DNA of 64,000 nucleotides, taken from the IMG/VR virus record IMGVR_UViG_3300032893_000006, positions 32,001 to 96,000 of that record, one strand, 5' to 3'. The notes under the pieces were generated by a model. The model was not told the origin of the DNA. It searched no databases and saw only the letters and a program-made list of their open reading frames with translations. The DNA is from a virus. Below, one piece after another: positions 18,375-27,200 of this stretch (within the stretch, counting starts at the first letter, position 1; each line of letters begins with the position of its first letter). Position numbers and translations under genes: made by a program.

Positions 18375-18581
18375 ATGACGGACAGGCAGTTTGTGAGGAA
18401 GGCGCATCCAGATGCCAGAGTGGATAAGTTTGTGTGCGTAGAAGGTTGCAGCCACTATCGAGTCGTGCGCCCCCAAAAAAATGGGCGATCAATAATTTTG
18501 GGCCTTTATGAGGACACGCCCAAGCTAGCATGGACTTCCGCAGCCAACCGCCTCTGGGCGCAGAAGGGAGAAGGACGGTGA
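18375..18581 (+). CDS. Hypothetical protein
   Basis: RBS within repeat B2. Confidence 0.6.
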   Translation: MTDRQFVRKAHPDARVDKFVCVEGCSHYRVVRPQKNGRSIILGLYEDTPKLAWTSAANRLWAQKGEGR

Positions 18582-18742
18582 CTGAAATTTTGTGCGATCT
18601 TCGCCGAATTGAAATCCTATGCTTTTTCGTTGGAGCATTCAGCACCTTTCCGTTTTCTTTCATATTGGGCATGGCTTACGCGGAGTCTGAATTTTATAAG
18701 CGTCGCAAGAAAGCGCAACCACCCGAGAGGAGCAGCAGATGA
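18578..18742 (+). CDS. Small membrane protein
   Basis: GTGA coupling, one hydrophobic segment. Confidence 0.5.
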   Translation: MTEILCDLRRIEILCFFVGAFSTFPFSFILGMAYAESEFYKRRKKAQPPERSSR

Positions 18743-20007
18743 ACGAGAAGCAGAGACAGCACATGCGCGACAGATTCCTGAATTGGACGCTGCCGAGCAA
18801 CTTCAACCCTGACGGCGGCATAACCTTCGAGCGGTCTAAGAGCGCCGTCAAATTCAACCATCCTTGGCCAACGGGAACGAACGTCTTGGACGCTTGTCAG
18901 GCAGAAGAAATGGTCAAGTACATAGTCGAAGGACTGCCCGCCTGTGACGCCGTTCTCGCGCATGAGCGCAAAGCGAACGAGGGGCTGAAGATTGCCGCGA
19001 GGAATGCGCTTGAGGCGTTGCGTGATGTGCTGCAAGGAAATGACATTGCATTTGAACGCGATCAACCAATCACGTCATGGAACGGTAGCCAATTTCGTCG
19101 CCGTGGGTATGACTGTATTTATGAACTACAAGCCGCCCTCGCCGTGTCAGCGCAACCCGCCAGCGAATCACCGATCGACAGGACCGATGACTGGGAAGCG
19201 CGGCAGGATACGAAGCAACCCGCCAGCGGGGGAGAGATGCAGAGGCCAGAGATGTGCAGCACCACCACGGTCAACTACCCGGCTGTGGTTTCCGAACACA
19301 AACATCAATGGATCGAGCGCATCGATGAGGACGATAAGTTATGCAGGACGTGTGAAACCTGTCCCGCCATTGAGTACTACAATCCATCCTCTCAACCAGC
19401 CGCGCCCACCGAGCAGCCCTCCGGTGATGTGGTGGAGCGGATGCTGGATGAATACCATAATTGGCCCGATAGATCGTCGCACTACTGCGCACGTGAGCGC
19501 GAGCGCATGTCCGCCGCTCTCAAGGTCGCCCGTGAAGGGATGTACTCGCTTGAGGAAATCGAGAAGGCTATCGCCTCAACAATGCAAGAGCACTGCGAAC
19601 TAAACGGCTACGAGGACTTCGTTAAGTATGGTGTCCGCCAGCGCCTCACCCGCCCGGAGCCGACTCCCAACACTCTCATACAGACGCAGCGGCTCGGCCT
19701 TGATAAGTTAATCGACCAGCGCAATCGCATCGTTGCCACCGAGATTCCAGACCCGGCTTGCGACCACCTGCGCGATGAAGTTGTCTTGGCTTTCGACATT
19801 CTCACGCAAATCCTTGGTGAGCATTTTCCTCTGATGCAGGAAAGCGCTGGCCTACGCGCTGAGTTGAAGGAGACGAGTGCAAAAGAGAAGATCGAGGCAG
19901 TTCTTTTCAGAAATCGTGACATGCTCGGATTTAAGGGTCAGACTGGTGAATCTCAAATTGATTCACTGGCCGCTGATATCGTGGCCGAGTTGAAGGAGAA
20001 GGCATGA
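18739..20007 (+). CDS. Mosaic multi-module phage accessory protein
   Basis: Short modules joined by QPAS/QPA linkers; RFLNWTLPSNFNPDGGI N-terminal module. Confidence 0.7.
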   Translation: MNEKQRQHMRDRFLNWTLPSNFNPDGGITFERSKSAVKFNHPWPTGTNVLDACQAEEMVKYIVEGLPACDAVLAHERKANEGLKIAARNALEALRDVLQGNDIAFERDQPITSWNGSQFRRRGYDCIYELQAALAVSAQPASESPIDRTDDWEARQDTKQPASGGEMQRPEMCSTTTVNYPAVVSEHKHQWIERIDEDDKLCRTCETCPAIEYYNPSSQPAAPTEQPSGDVVERMLDEYHNWPDRSSHYCARERERMSAALKVAREGMYSLEEIEKAIASTMQEHCELNGYEDFVKYGVRQRLTRPEPTPNTLIQTQRLGLDKLIDQRNRIVATEIPDPACDHLRDEVVLAFDILTQILGEHFPLMQESAGLRAELKETSAKEKIEAVLFRNRDMLGFKGQTGESQIDSLAADIVAELKEKA

Positions 20008-20180
20008 AAGCACTGAAGATCGTACTCTGTGTTTTTTGTTCGATTGCTTCGTCTTTTGAATCAGCATGGAGCTTTGTGCGATATCCAGATACGTGGTGGG
20101 CATTGTCTGCTGGAATGTGCGGAATGATTCTTGCCTTCGTATTTGGCATGATGGCAATTAAGGAGGCAGGCCGTGAGTGA
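20004..20180 (+). CDS. Small 2-TM protein
   Basis: Hand-translated 58 aa, ATGA coupling. Confidence 0.55.
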   Translation: MKALKIVLCVFCSIASSFESAWSFVRYPDTWWALSAGMCGMILAFVFGMMAIKEAGRE

Positions 20181-20517
20181 CGCGAAGGTAAATGAAAGTG
20201 TGGCTGCCGTAGACGAACTTTTGGAGGCGTTAGAGGAGGGCATAGCGTCACTGAGAGGCAAGAACCTTGAGCTTAGCATTCAGGTGAAATCCCTGACCGC
20301 CGAGCGAGACGCGCTGAAGGCAGACAATGACAAGTTGAATGACGCTCTCAATATCATCGGAGAAAAAGAGTTTGCCAATAGCGGCTACAACCTTCCGCAG
20401 ATGGTGCGCCTGATAGATCAGCTTGTGACTCTCCGAGCGCAGGTGGAGGCCAGCCCTTCTCGACAACCATCCAGCACGCCATTGCAATCTATGCAAGATA
20501 AACGAGCGCGTCACTAA
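20173..20517 (+). CDS. Coiled-coil hypothetical protein
   Basis: Heptad pattern, GGAGG RBS. Confidence 0.65.
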   Translation: MSDAKVNESVAAVDELLEALEEGIASLRGKNLELSIQVKSLTAERDALKADNDKLNDALNIIGEKEFANSGYNLPQMVRLIDQLVTLRAQVEASPSRQPSSTPLQSMQDKRARH

Positions 20518-20528
20518 AGAAGATTTTT

Positions 20529-20813
20529 ATGCGCAGTTTGGGAAAATGCCGCATAAAATTACTTGGTAGTCCAATTGAGGAGAAAGAAATGTCTCTGTAC
20601 CCGTTAGAACTAAAGCGTGGCAGCAAGATTCACTACGAGGGCCGGGAATACAAAGTCAATTTGATTGACGCATGGCACGACTCACTGGGATTCTTCCGGA
20701 ATAAAGTCGGAATCGAAACAACAACTGGAGTCTACCTTTTGGTGCCGGTGTCGTTCCCGCTTGAAACGGAAGCACCATATGTGCCGGTAGCAATGATTAA
20801 GCCAAGAGACTGA
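20529..20813 (+). CDS. Hypothetical protein
   Basis: ORF; an alternative start at 20589 has a GAGGAG RBS. Confidence 0.6.
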   Translation: MRSLGKCRIKLLGSPIEEKEMSLYPLELKRGSKIHYEGREYKVNLIDAWHDSLGFFRNKVGIETTTGVYLLVPVSFPLETEAPYVPVAMIKPRD

Positions 20814-20822
20814 GGAGCTATA

Positions 20823-21140
20823 GTGGAAGACCTCAAACCATGCCCATGGTGCGGCGAAGACCCGCAGTACATGGAACACGCGGCGAGCGGAGAGGCTTCT
20901 CTTGGCTGCATAAATAGCGCCTGCAAGTTCGAGCCAATGTGGGCATTCAAGATCGAACTTTCTCCTGAGTTTATCGCTGCTTGGAACAAGCGCGCCGACG
21001 ATGTAGCGTACCGCGAACTCGCGAAACTTTGCCGTAAACTCCTCTCAACCAAAACTATTCCAGAACTCGATAGCATCATTCTCGATGCGCGCATATTACT
21101 TAATCAGTTCAAGGAGAGAAATACACTATGGCCAGATTGA
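20823..21140 (+). CDS. Lar-family restriction alleviation-like zinc ribbon
   Basis: LKPCPWCG...C..SAC...AWNKR. Confidence 0.75.
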   Translation: MEDLKPCPWCGEDPQYMEHAASGEASLGCINSACKFEPMWAFKIELSPEFIAAWNKRADDVAYRELAKLCRKLLSTKTIPELDSIILDARILLNQFKERNTLWPD

Positions 21141-21382
21141 GAGACCTCGTCCAAGAAATGGACCGCGATGGCTACTCGCTTAATGAAGTGTTAGCTGCGA
21201 TTCGTCGAGAATGGTTCGTAATGGAACTACAAAAATACACTGGAAATCAGTGTCTTGTAGCTGCAAGACTCGGTATTCATCGGAACACCGTTAACAGAAA
21301 TCTTAGAAAATATTCCGTCGATCCAAAAATTGGCCGTGGACGTCAAACGAAATTTATGTACCAGAAAGGAACGGAGAAATGA
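21128..21382 (+). CDS. Stand-alone Fis-type helix-turn-helix protein
   Basis: YTGNQCLVAARLGIHRNTVNRNL. Confidence 0.75.
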   Translation: MARLRDLVQEMDRDGYSLNEVLAAIRREWFVMELQKYTGNQCLVAARLGIHRNTVNRNLRKYSVDPKIGRGRQTKFMYQKGTEK

Positions 21383-21651
21383 AAGGCACAGTGCAGTTCT
21401 TCAACAACAGCAAGGGATGGGGATTTATCAAGCGGGAAAATGAGGCTGACTTGTTTGTTCACTATACGGGCATCAAGTCGGAAGGCTATAAGACACTCAA
21501 CGAAGGTGACGTCGTAGAGTTCGATGTAGCACGCGGCCAGAAAGGTGAGCAGGCCGAAAACGTCACCGTCATCACCAAAGCTCAAATAAAGCCGGTTCAC
21601 CGGCACGCAAAGGCATCAAATGCGTCCGAAGCGTCTGATTCTGGTAATTGA
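21379..21651 (+). CDS. csp: Cold-shock domain protein (CspA family)
   Basis: KGTVQFFNNSKGWGFI (RNP1), LFVHY (RNP2), GYKTLNEGDVVEF, AENV. Confidence 0.95.
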   Translation: MKGTVQFFNNSKGWGFIKRENEADLFVHYTGIKSEGYKTLNEGDVVEFDVARGQKGEQAENVTVITKAQIKPVHRHAKASNASEASDSGN

Positions 21652-21973
21652 AGCGAACGAAACGGCTCTTTCTACGTTGTTGTTGGCGATTTCGATCAAC
21701 GGATTTAGAGTAATTGGCGTCTGCGATAAAGATCAGGCGCTTAAAGCTCTATCCGAAAACGAGATCGACGCAGTGTTTATGCGTACACCGGTGGCTTGCT
21801 GGTTTGATGTACCGGTTGTCGTCTGCGACAGCATATCGCGCGCTATAGTACGGCTCCGCATAGCTACATGGGGAGCACCAAGGAAAAACAAATCGGATGC
21901 GAACTCCAGAGGAAAAACGAGCGCAGGTGAAAAAATCTCTGCAGAAGCGCAAGCAGAGGTTAAAAAAGGCTAA
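21620..21973 (+). CDS. Degenerate response-regulator receiver domain
   Basis: ILVIE..GFRVIG..DQALKAL..IDAVF topology; the phospho-Asp position is not Asp. Confidence 0.55.
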   Translation: MRPKRLILVIEANETALSTLLLAISINGFRVIGVCDKDQALKALSENEIDAVFMRTPVACWFDVPVVVCDSISRAIVRLRIATWGAPRKNKSDANSRGKTSAGEKISAEAQAEVKKG

Positions 21974-22094
21974 TCTTTGCCAAGATTGTGGAAAAATGGA
22001 CCGTAAAGACGACAAGACCTTATGTCTATTCTGTCTCAACGCACGGCGGCGACGGCGCGCCACGGCAAAAATCGAGAAAGATGCTTACCCCTAA
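21897..22094 (+). CDS. Small basic zinc-finger protein
   Basis: CQDC...CLFC with Lys/Arg-rich flanks. Confidence 0.55.
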   Translation: MRTPEEKRAQVKKSLQKRKQRLKKANLCQDCGKMDRKDDKTLCLFCLNARRRRRATAKIEKDAYP

Positions 22095-22098
22095 CCGC

Positions 22099-22126
22099 TT
22101 GACATTCAACAGAAACGCGTTATCGT
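22099..22126 (+). promoter_or_regulatory. Sigma70-type promoter of the XRE gene
   Basis: TTGACA, 16 nt, TATCGT, intergenic. Confidence 0.5.
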
Positions 22127-22161
22127 AAGGCGCAGAGATGGATAAAATGGGAGGGCGATAA

Positions 22162-22401
22162 ATGCCGCGAAGAAAGCCGACACCTGAGGACCTTGATCGT
22201 CGCCAAGCGCGAGCGGAGGAAATGAAAGCTTTCATGGCTGACAATAATTTTACTGAGGTAAAATTAGCCGATGTTCTCGGCGTTTCGCGAAGAACTGTTC
22301 AAATGATGAAAGCTGGAAGGGTCACGCCATCGACAGAAACAATTCGAAAATGGGAGTCGCTTTTGAAGCAATACGGACTCAAGCCCACGCTGCCGCTGTA
22401 A
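22162..22401 (+). CDS. XRE/Cro-like HTH regulator
   Basis: TEVKLADVLGVSRRTVQMMKAG..PS. Confidence 0.8.
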   Translation: MPRRKPTPEDLDRRQARAEEMKAFMADNNFTEVKLADVLGVSRRTVQMMKAGRVTPSTETIRKWESLLKQYGLKPTLPL

Positions 22402-22436
22402 ATGATGTAATCTAGGAAATCATCAGGAGGAGATTT

Positions 22437-22901
22437 ATGCCATTGGAAGTAGACGAAGTAGTTGATATCCCCGGTTTGACGGGCGAAGAGATCATTGTCG
22501 ATCTTTGTGAGCAAATCAAAAACAAGCTCCGTCGCGATTGCAATCTCCGTCCTGCTGATTCATACATTAACGGATACAGTGCAGAGATTTCGGTGAAGAT
22601 TCAGTGCTACGGCATCGATACTGCGCAAGTGGAGACGACGATTTCTGCGACAAAAGAACCTCCGTCCGAAGCGGGAACAAAACCTGTTTTGGAAGTAACC
22701 GAGCAGGTGATTATTGCCCATGAACCCGATCTCGAAGCTGTTCGCGACCGCAGCGCACTAGAAGCCCCGCAGCTTGAGAAAAACGATACTCCGGCACCAT
22801 CTGCTCCAGAAGGAGAAAAAGCTCAAGAGCCAAGTCGTCGCCAATACGGTCAACGGACGCATCGTGTTGCAGGAGGCGGAGCCGGAAGCTTCGATAAGTA
22901 A
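22437..22901 (+). CDS. Hypothetical acidic protein
   Basis: AGGAGGAG RBS, 154 aa. Confidence 0.75.
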   Translation: MPLEVDEVVDIPGLTGEEIIVDLCEQIKNKLRRDCNLRPADSYINGYSAEISVKIQCYGIDTAQVETTISATKEPPSEAGTKPVLEVTEQVIIAHEPDLEAVRDRSALEAPQLEKNDTPAPSAPEGEKAQEPSRRQYGQRTHRVAGGGAGSFDK

Positions 22902-22919
22902 TACGCCACGAGAAAGGGC

Positions 22920-23213
22920 TTGTTTAGTCGTCTAGGCGTCGGCAAATCGAATGGAAAACCCCATCGTGTTTGTCGGAAATGCCGGGAAATTGTTCGTCGC
23001 CATGACAAATGGCGTCAGGTGAAACGACACGTTTTCGGGATATTCGGAACCGTGTACGAAATCGAGCACAAAGATTGTAGCGATCCGGAGCTTAAAATCG
23101 CGAAAATGCTGGCTCAGCCTGAGACGCCAATGTCGCAATGGCTCCGGGAGAACCAATTACCGGCGACGACGTGGACCGGCACTAGCGACAAAGTGTCGGA
23201 GACGATTCAATGA
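22920..23213 (+). CDS. Hypothetical protein with CxxC...HxxC
   Basis: TTG start, AAGGG RBS. Confidence 0.55.
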   Translation: MFSRLGVGKSNGKPHRVCRKCREIVRRHDKWRQVKRHVFGIFGTVYEIEHKDCSDPELKIAKMLAQPETPMSQWLRENQLPATTWTGTSDKVSETIQ

Positions 23214-23569
23214 ACTCAGTTCAAGAAGACCAAATCATCAAAGCAGTGGCTATGTTTGCCGAGGCTTTTCGTAGCCTCGCCGACACAGCGCGGAGTGCCT
23301 ATGAGGAAGGGAAAAGGGTCTCAGAACGGCTCTGGCCCGAGCGACCAGAGAAACAGCGAGAAGCTAAAGTCTCCAGAGTCCCCACAGCCGAAGACAGGGC
23401 GAAAGAAGACCAAGGTGCAGCCGATACGCGCCCCATTAGTCAATGGCTCTCCCTCGACGAAGAACTCGCTGAGCCCCGCCTTGGACCAAGAGAGCGAGAA
23501 TGGCTTAGAGAGCACCCCGAAGAACAAGTCTATGCGCCGGGTACCAAAGCTGGCGGTAAAGCGGGATAG
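23210..23569 (+). CDS. Hypothetical protein
   Basis: ATGA coupling, charged helical sequence. Confidence 0.6.
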   Translation: MNSVQEDQIIKAVAMFAEAFRSLADTARSAYEEGKRVSERLWPERPEKQREAKVSRVPTAEDRAKEDQGAADTRPISQWLSLDEELAEPRLGPREREWLREHPEEQVYAPGTKAGGKAG

Positions 23570-24179
23570 ACACGATGACGCACTTCGTCGTCTCGGTGTT
23601 CGCCAAACAGAAGTCGATCTTTGTCCGCCATTGACAACGATGATTCGTACCACAATTCGTGGCGGGACGAGAACTGCGCTGCGCGCTATGCGATTCGCAT
23701 CGAACGATCTATCGATCAAGGCTTTCCTCGACACATACAATTCAATTCCAGAAGGCGACCGCGAAAAACTGCCTTGGGAGGCCATCGCAATTGCTGCCAA
23801 AGTCGACGTTGAGCGTTTGTTAGGAGCGATACATTTCGCCCTTCAATCGGATTCAGTGATGCAGGTAAAATTCATTGCGCTGAGCCATTATCCGAGCGTG
23901 ATGAAGAAGATGATGAAATATGCGAAAGATAAAACTGGAGAACGCGACCGTGCGGCTATCAATCAAGCAATGGGATTCACGCCTTCTCCCAAGCCGCCTA
24001 CTTTTATAGGCAAAGCGATATTTGGAGCAGAATCGGTTTCCGATGATTCCGAAGAAGAAATAAAACAACCGGCATTTTCAATGGAAGATAACGTAAATTC
24101 TATTTTTCCATCTTCAACCGACATGCAAAATAAATTGATTCCGATACGTCAACGCCTCCTCGAAGAAGGCGATAAGTAA
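23301..24179 (+). CDS. Putative terminase small subunit (start uncertain: 23301 or 23533)
   Basis: Immediately upstream of terL; basic disordered N-terminus and helical body; no diagnostic motif. Confidence 0.35.
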   Translation: MRKGKGSQNGSGPSDQRNSEKLKSPESPQPKTGRKKTKVQPIRAPLVNGSPSTKNSLSPALDQESENGLESTPKNKSMRRVPKLAVKRDRHDDALRRLGVRQTEVDLCPPLTTMIRTTIRGGTRTALRAMRFASNDLSIKAFLDTYNSIPEGDREKLPWEAIAIAAKVDVERLLGAIHFALQSDSVMQVKFIALSHYPSVMKKMMKYAKDKTGERDRAAINQAMGFTPSPKPPTFIGKAIFGAESVSDDSEEEIKQPAFSMEDNVNSIFPSSTDMQNKLIPIRQRLLEEGDK

Positions 24180-24256
24180 ATAATTCCGAGCGCGGATGGC
24201 ATGTTCTCTTCACAGCCAGCGCCACGTGACAAGCAAGCTGGCTGACGGAGGCAGCT

Positions 24257-27200
24257 ATTTATTCCCCAAAAATCGTACAGGCAAATCTCGACGCTTTCGC
24301 GGCCAAAAATAAGTGGATGCCTATTCCACACTCGCAAGATGAGATCGACGACTTCAAAGAAGTAATTGCAAAAATCGTCGACATCGAAGAGACTAGCCGA
24401 TCCGCCTCTGTATCTCTTAAAGGCCCAATCAGTTCGAACGTCGCGACGGAGATCAGGCAGTTCATTCAAAACGAACAAGTCTTATGCGCCCTCGATAACA
24501 GCTATTGGGAGGCGCGCTACGCATACGTGTGTAACGAGAAGGGAGAGATTTCAAAATTTAGGAACAGAAAATCTCAGGAAGTCTTCGATCAAATTGTCGG
24601 CGACTTCGACGAGCGTCAGGTCTCAATTGAGGTTCTTTGCCTCGATCCGAACGCTAAGATACTGACTGCTGACCTCAAGTGGAAACGCCTCGATGACATT
24701 CAAATCGGCGAAGAACTGGTAGCTGTCGATGAAGGGCAAAGCATGAACGAGAGACGTGCTGAAGCAGCAAAGCGACAGCGCGAATTGAGGAGCGGCGTTC
24801 ACAGAGGAAAATCGACAAAACGCTTGCGTAAAGAACGTAAAATGCGAACGACTATTGTCGAAAATAAATGGGAATCTTGCAAAGAAGCATTGAAGTTTAC
24901 GTTTGAAGATGGGAGAACTTTAATCTGCTCGGCGGATCACCAGTGGTTGTGCAAGCAGCGCGGAGGATGCGAACCTATATGGCAAAAATCTGAAGAAATG
25001 CGGGTGGGAGATCAGGCCAGATATATAACGAAGCCGTGGAATGAGCAGACAACCGCTGATGCATGGATGGGGGGAATCATCGATGGAGAAGGATCGCTCG
25101 ACAGTGGATGTGGCATCGAAATAAATATCACTCAGGTGTTCAATGTAGTTTTCGACCGCGTAAAGGAATATCTTTCGATCTCCGGATATAACTTCCAACA
25201 GGGAATCGACAAAAGACAGCCGTCTAAGGATGGCAGGGGAAAACTGGGATCAAAGGACGTCGGGAGGTTATACGTTTCGCGGATGGATGAAGCATTTCGG
25301 ATCATCGGCCAGACGAGGCCATTCCGTTTTATCTCTAAAAAATGGTGGGAAGGGAAAAGTCTTCCCGGAAAGAAGACAGGAATTGGCTGGTCACGGATTG
25401 TAAAGATTGAAATCCTTCCAAAACAGCGCATGATTGACATCCAAACTTCGACAAGGACATTCATCGCGGAGGGTTTTGTATCTCACAATTGTCTTAAAGG
25501 TCGGCAGGTCGGAATCACGACCAAGACCGCCTTGAAGTTCATGCACCGTCTGATGTTCATCCCCCACACACAGGCTGTTATGGCTTCGGTACAAGCTGAG
25601 AAGTCGGAACTCATTGGCCGAATTCTGGACATTGCATATACCAAGTCGCCATGGTGGCTAGTGCCGATGCGCGGCTCCAAGGGACGGTTCGACAATGGCT
25701 CCGTCTTATCCATCCAGTCAGGTATGCAGGCGACCGGTATTGCTCAGGGATGGACGCCGACTTGCCTTCCGTACTTCTCAAAAATCCGAATGGCAAACGG
25801 ATTCCTCAAGGCGATTAGTGAAGTTAGTGTAGGTGAAAGAGTTCTCACACATCAAGGTAAAATCGCAACTGTAAAAAAGGCTTTCGAAACAAAACCTTTT
25901 GCGCAAACGAAAGTTTTACGACTATGGGGACACTATTCACCACTCGAATGCACAATCGAACACCGCGTCTCGACGCCGGATGGTTTTGTTGAGGCCGACC
26001 AGATTTCAGTGGGAGACTATGTATGCCATCCGCTGCGAGAGATTAAACACTCTCTCCTCAAGGCTCAGTTTACGCACTTCAGTCGTGGCAAGATCGCAGC
26101 AAACAAGGCGCATAATTTCGATGCTCCGTTCGATCTTCCATTTGGGTATTTGTGTGGCCTGTACCTCGCTGAAGGCAGCTTGCATAAGAGTGGAATTGGG
26201 AAGAAAAAGCCGTATCTGTCAGAAGTAATTTTTACGGTACATGAAAGAGAAGCAGAGGACCGTGTTCAGATGTTGCGTCGATTTCTCGGGAAGGAGCAGC
26301 ATATAAAAGTTAAGAAACACAACGAGCATGGCGCGCAGATTAAAATTTCAGCGGCTTGGCTGGCGCGGTGGATATCGGAAAATTTTGGAGAGAAAACAAA
26401 CAAGCAAATTCCAGACTGGATTTGGGATGCTGGCGAAGAATTTTGCAGGGGAATACTCTATGGATATTTAGATGGAGATGGCCATTGCGATACCAGCAGC
26501 AATAATGTGGTAGCTCCGACAATATGTTCGCAGATCGCTTATCAGATGCGCGACTTGGTCGCATCTTTGAAATACGGTTGGGCATCGATTTATTTCGTTG
26601 ACGAACATAGGCAAGGTTCCATGAAAAAGCGTCCAGTTTGGCGGCTGGTGTTGAGTGGCCCCGTTGGTGCGGGATATCGTCGGGATCGCGGACTGCCGTT
26701 CAGAAAACCGATGAAACATGCTCGCCATTGGCGCTATGGAGTCGACGGCAAAACAGTCGATGTGATGATTGAAAGCATTTCCCATAACTCGTCTGCTAGC
26801 CTTTGGGATTTGGAGGTTGATAGCGAAGACCATTCGTTCACTACAGATCAGTGTGCGGTACACAATTGCGTGCACATCTCCGAGCTTGCCGACATTCCAA
26901 AGCCAGAGAAGGTCATTGAAGAAGGTCTGCTCCGCGCCACCCACTCGTCTCGAAATCTATTCCTTGTTCTCGAAGGAACTGGCGGCGGCAATACAGGATG
27001 GCTTGCGGAGACTTGGCGTAACGCCAAGCGCGATTATCCACTCGGCAAGCACCGTCTCTGCCCGATCTTTCTGCCGTGGTTTACTGCCACCGATCTCTAT
27101 CCGGAAGCGGATTGGATTCGTAAATTCCCGATCCCCGGAAACTTCATGCGCGAGCGTCTCGATGCCACAGTCAAGCACGTCGCTCGGTGCGAGGCATTCG

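Larger units (their letters stand above)
17488..18377 (+). repeat. Repeat B: 34/35-bp direct repeats at 17488-17521 and 18343-18377
   Basis: Identical except one extra C; TAG stop, GCCCC/GGGGC hairpin, GAGGAGG RBS, ATG. Confidence 0.9.

Noticed and set aside
17204-18377. CRISPR array or integron attC interpretation of the ABAB repeats
   Set aside because: Only two copies of each repeat, the spacers are whole genes, and there are no GTTRRRY/RYYYAAC cores, cas genes or integrase.
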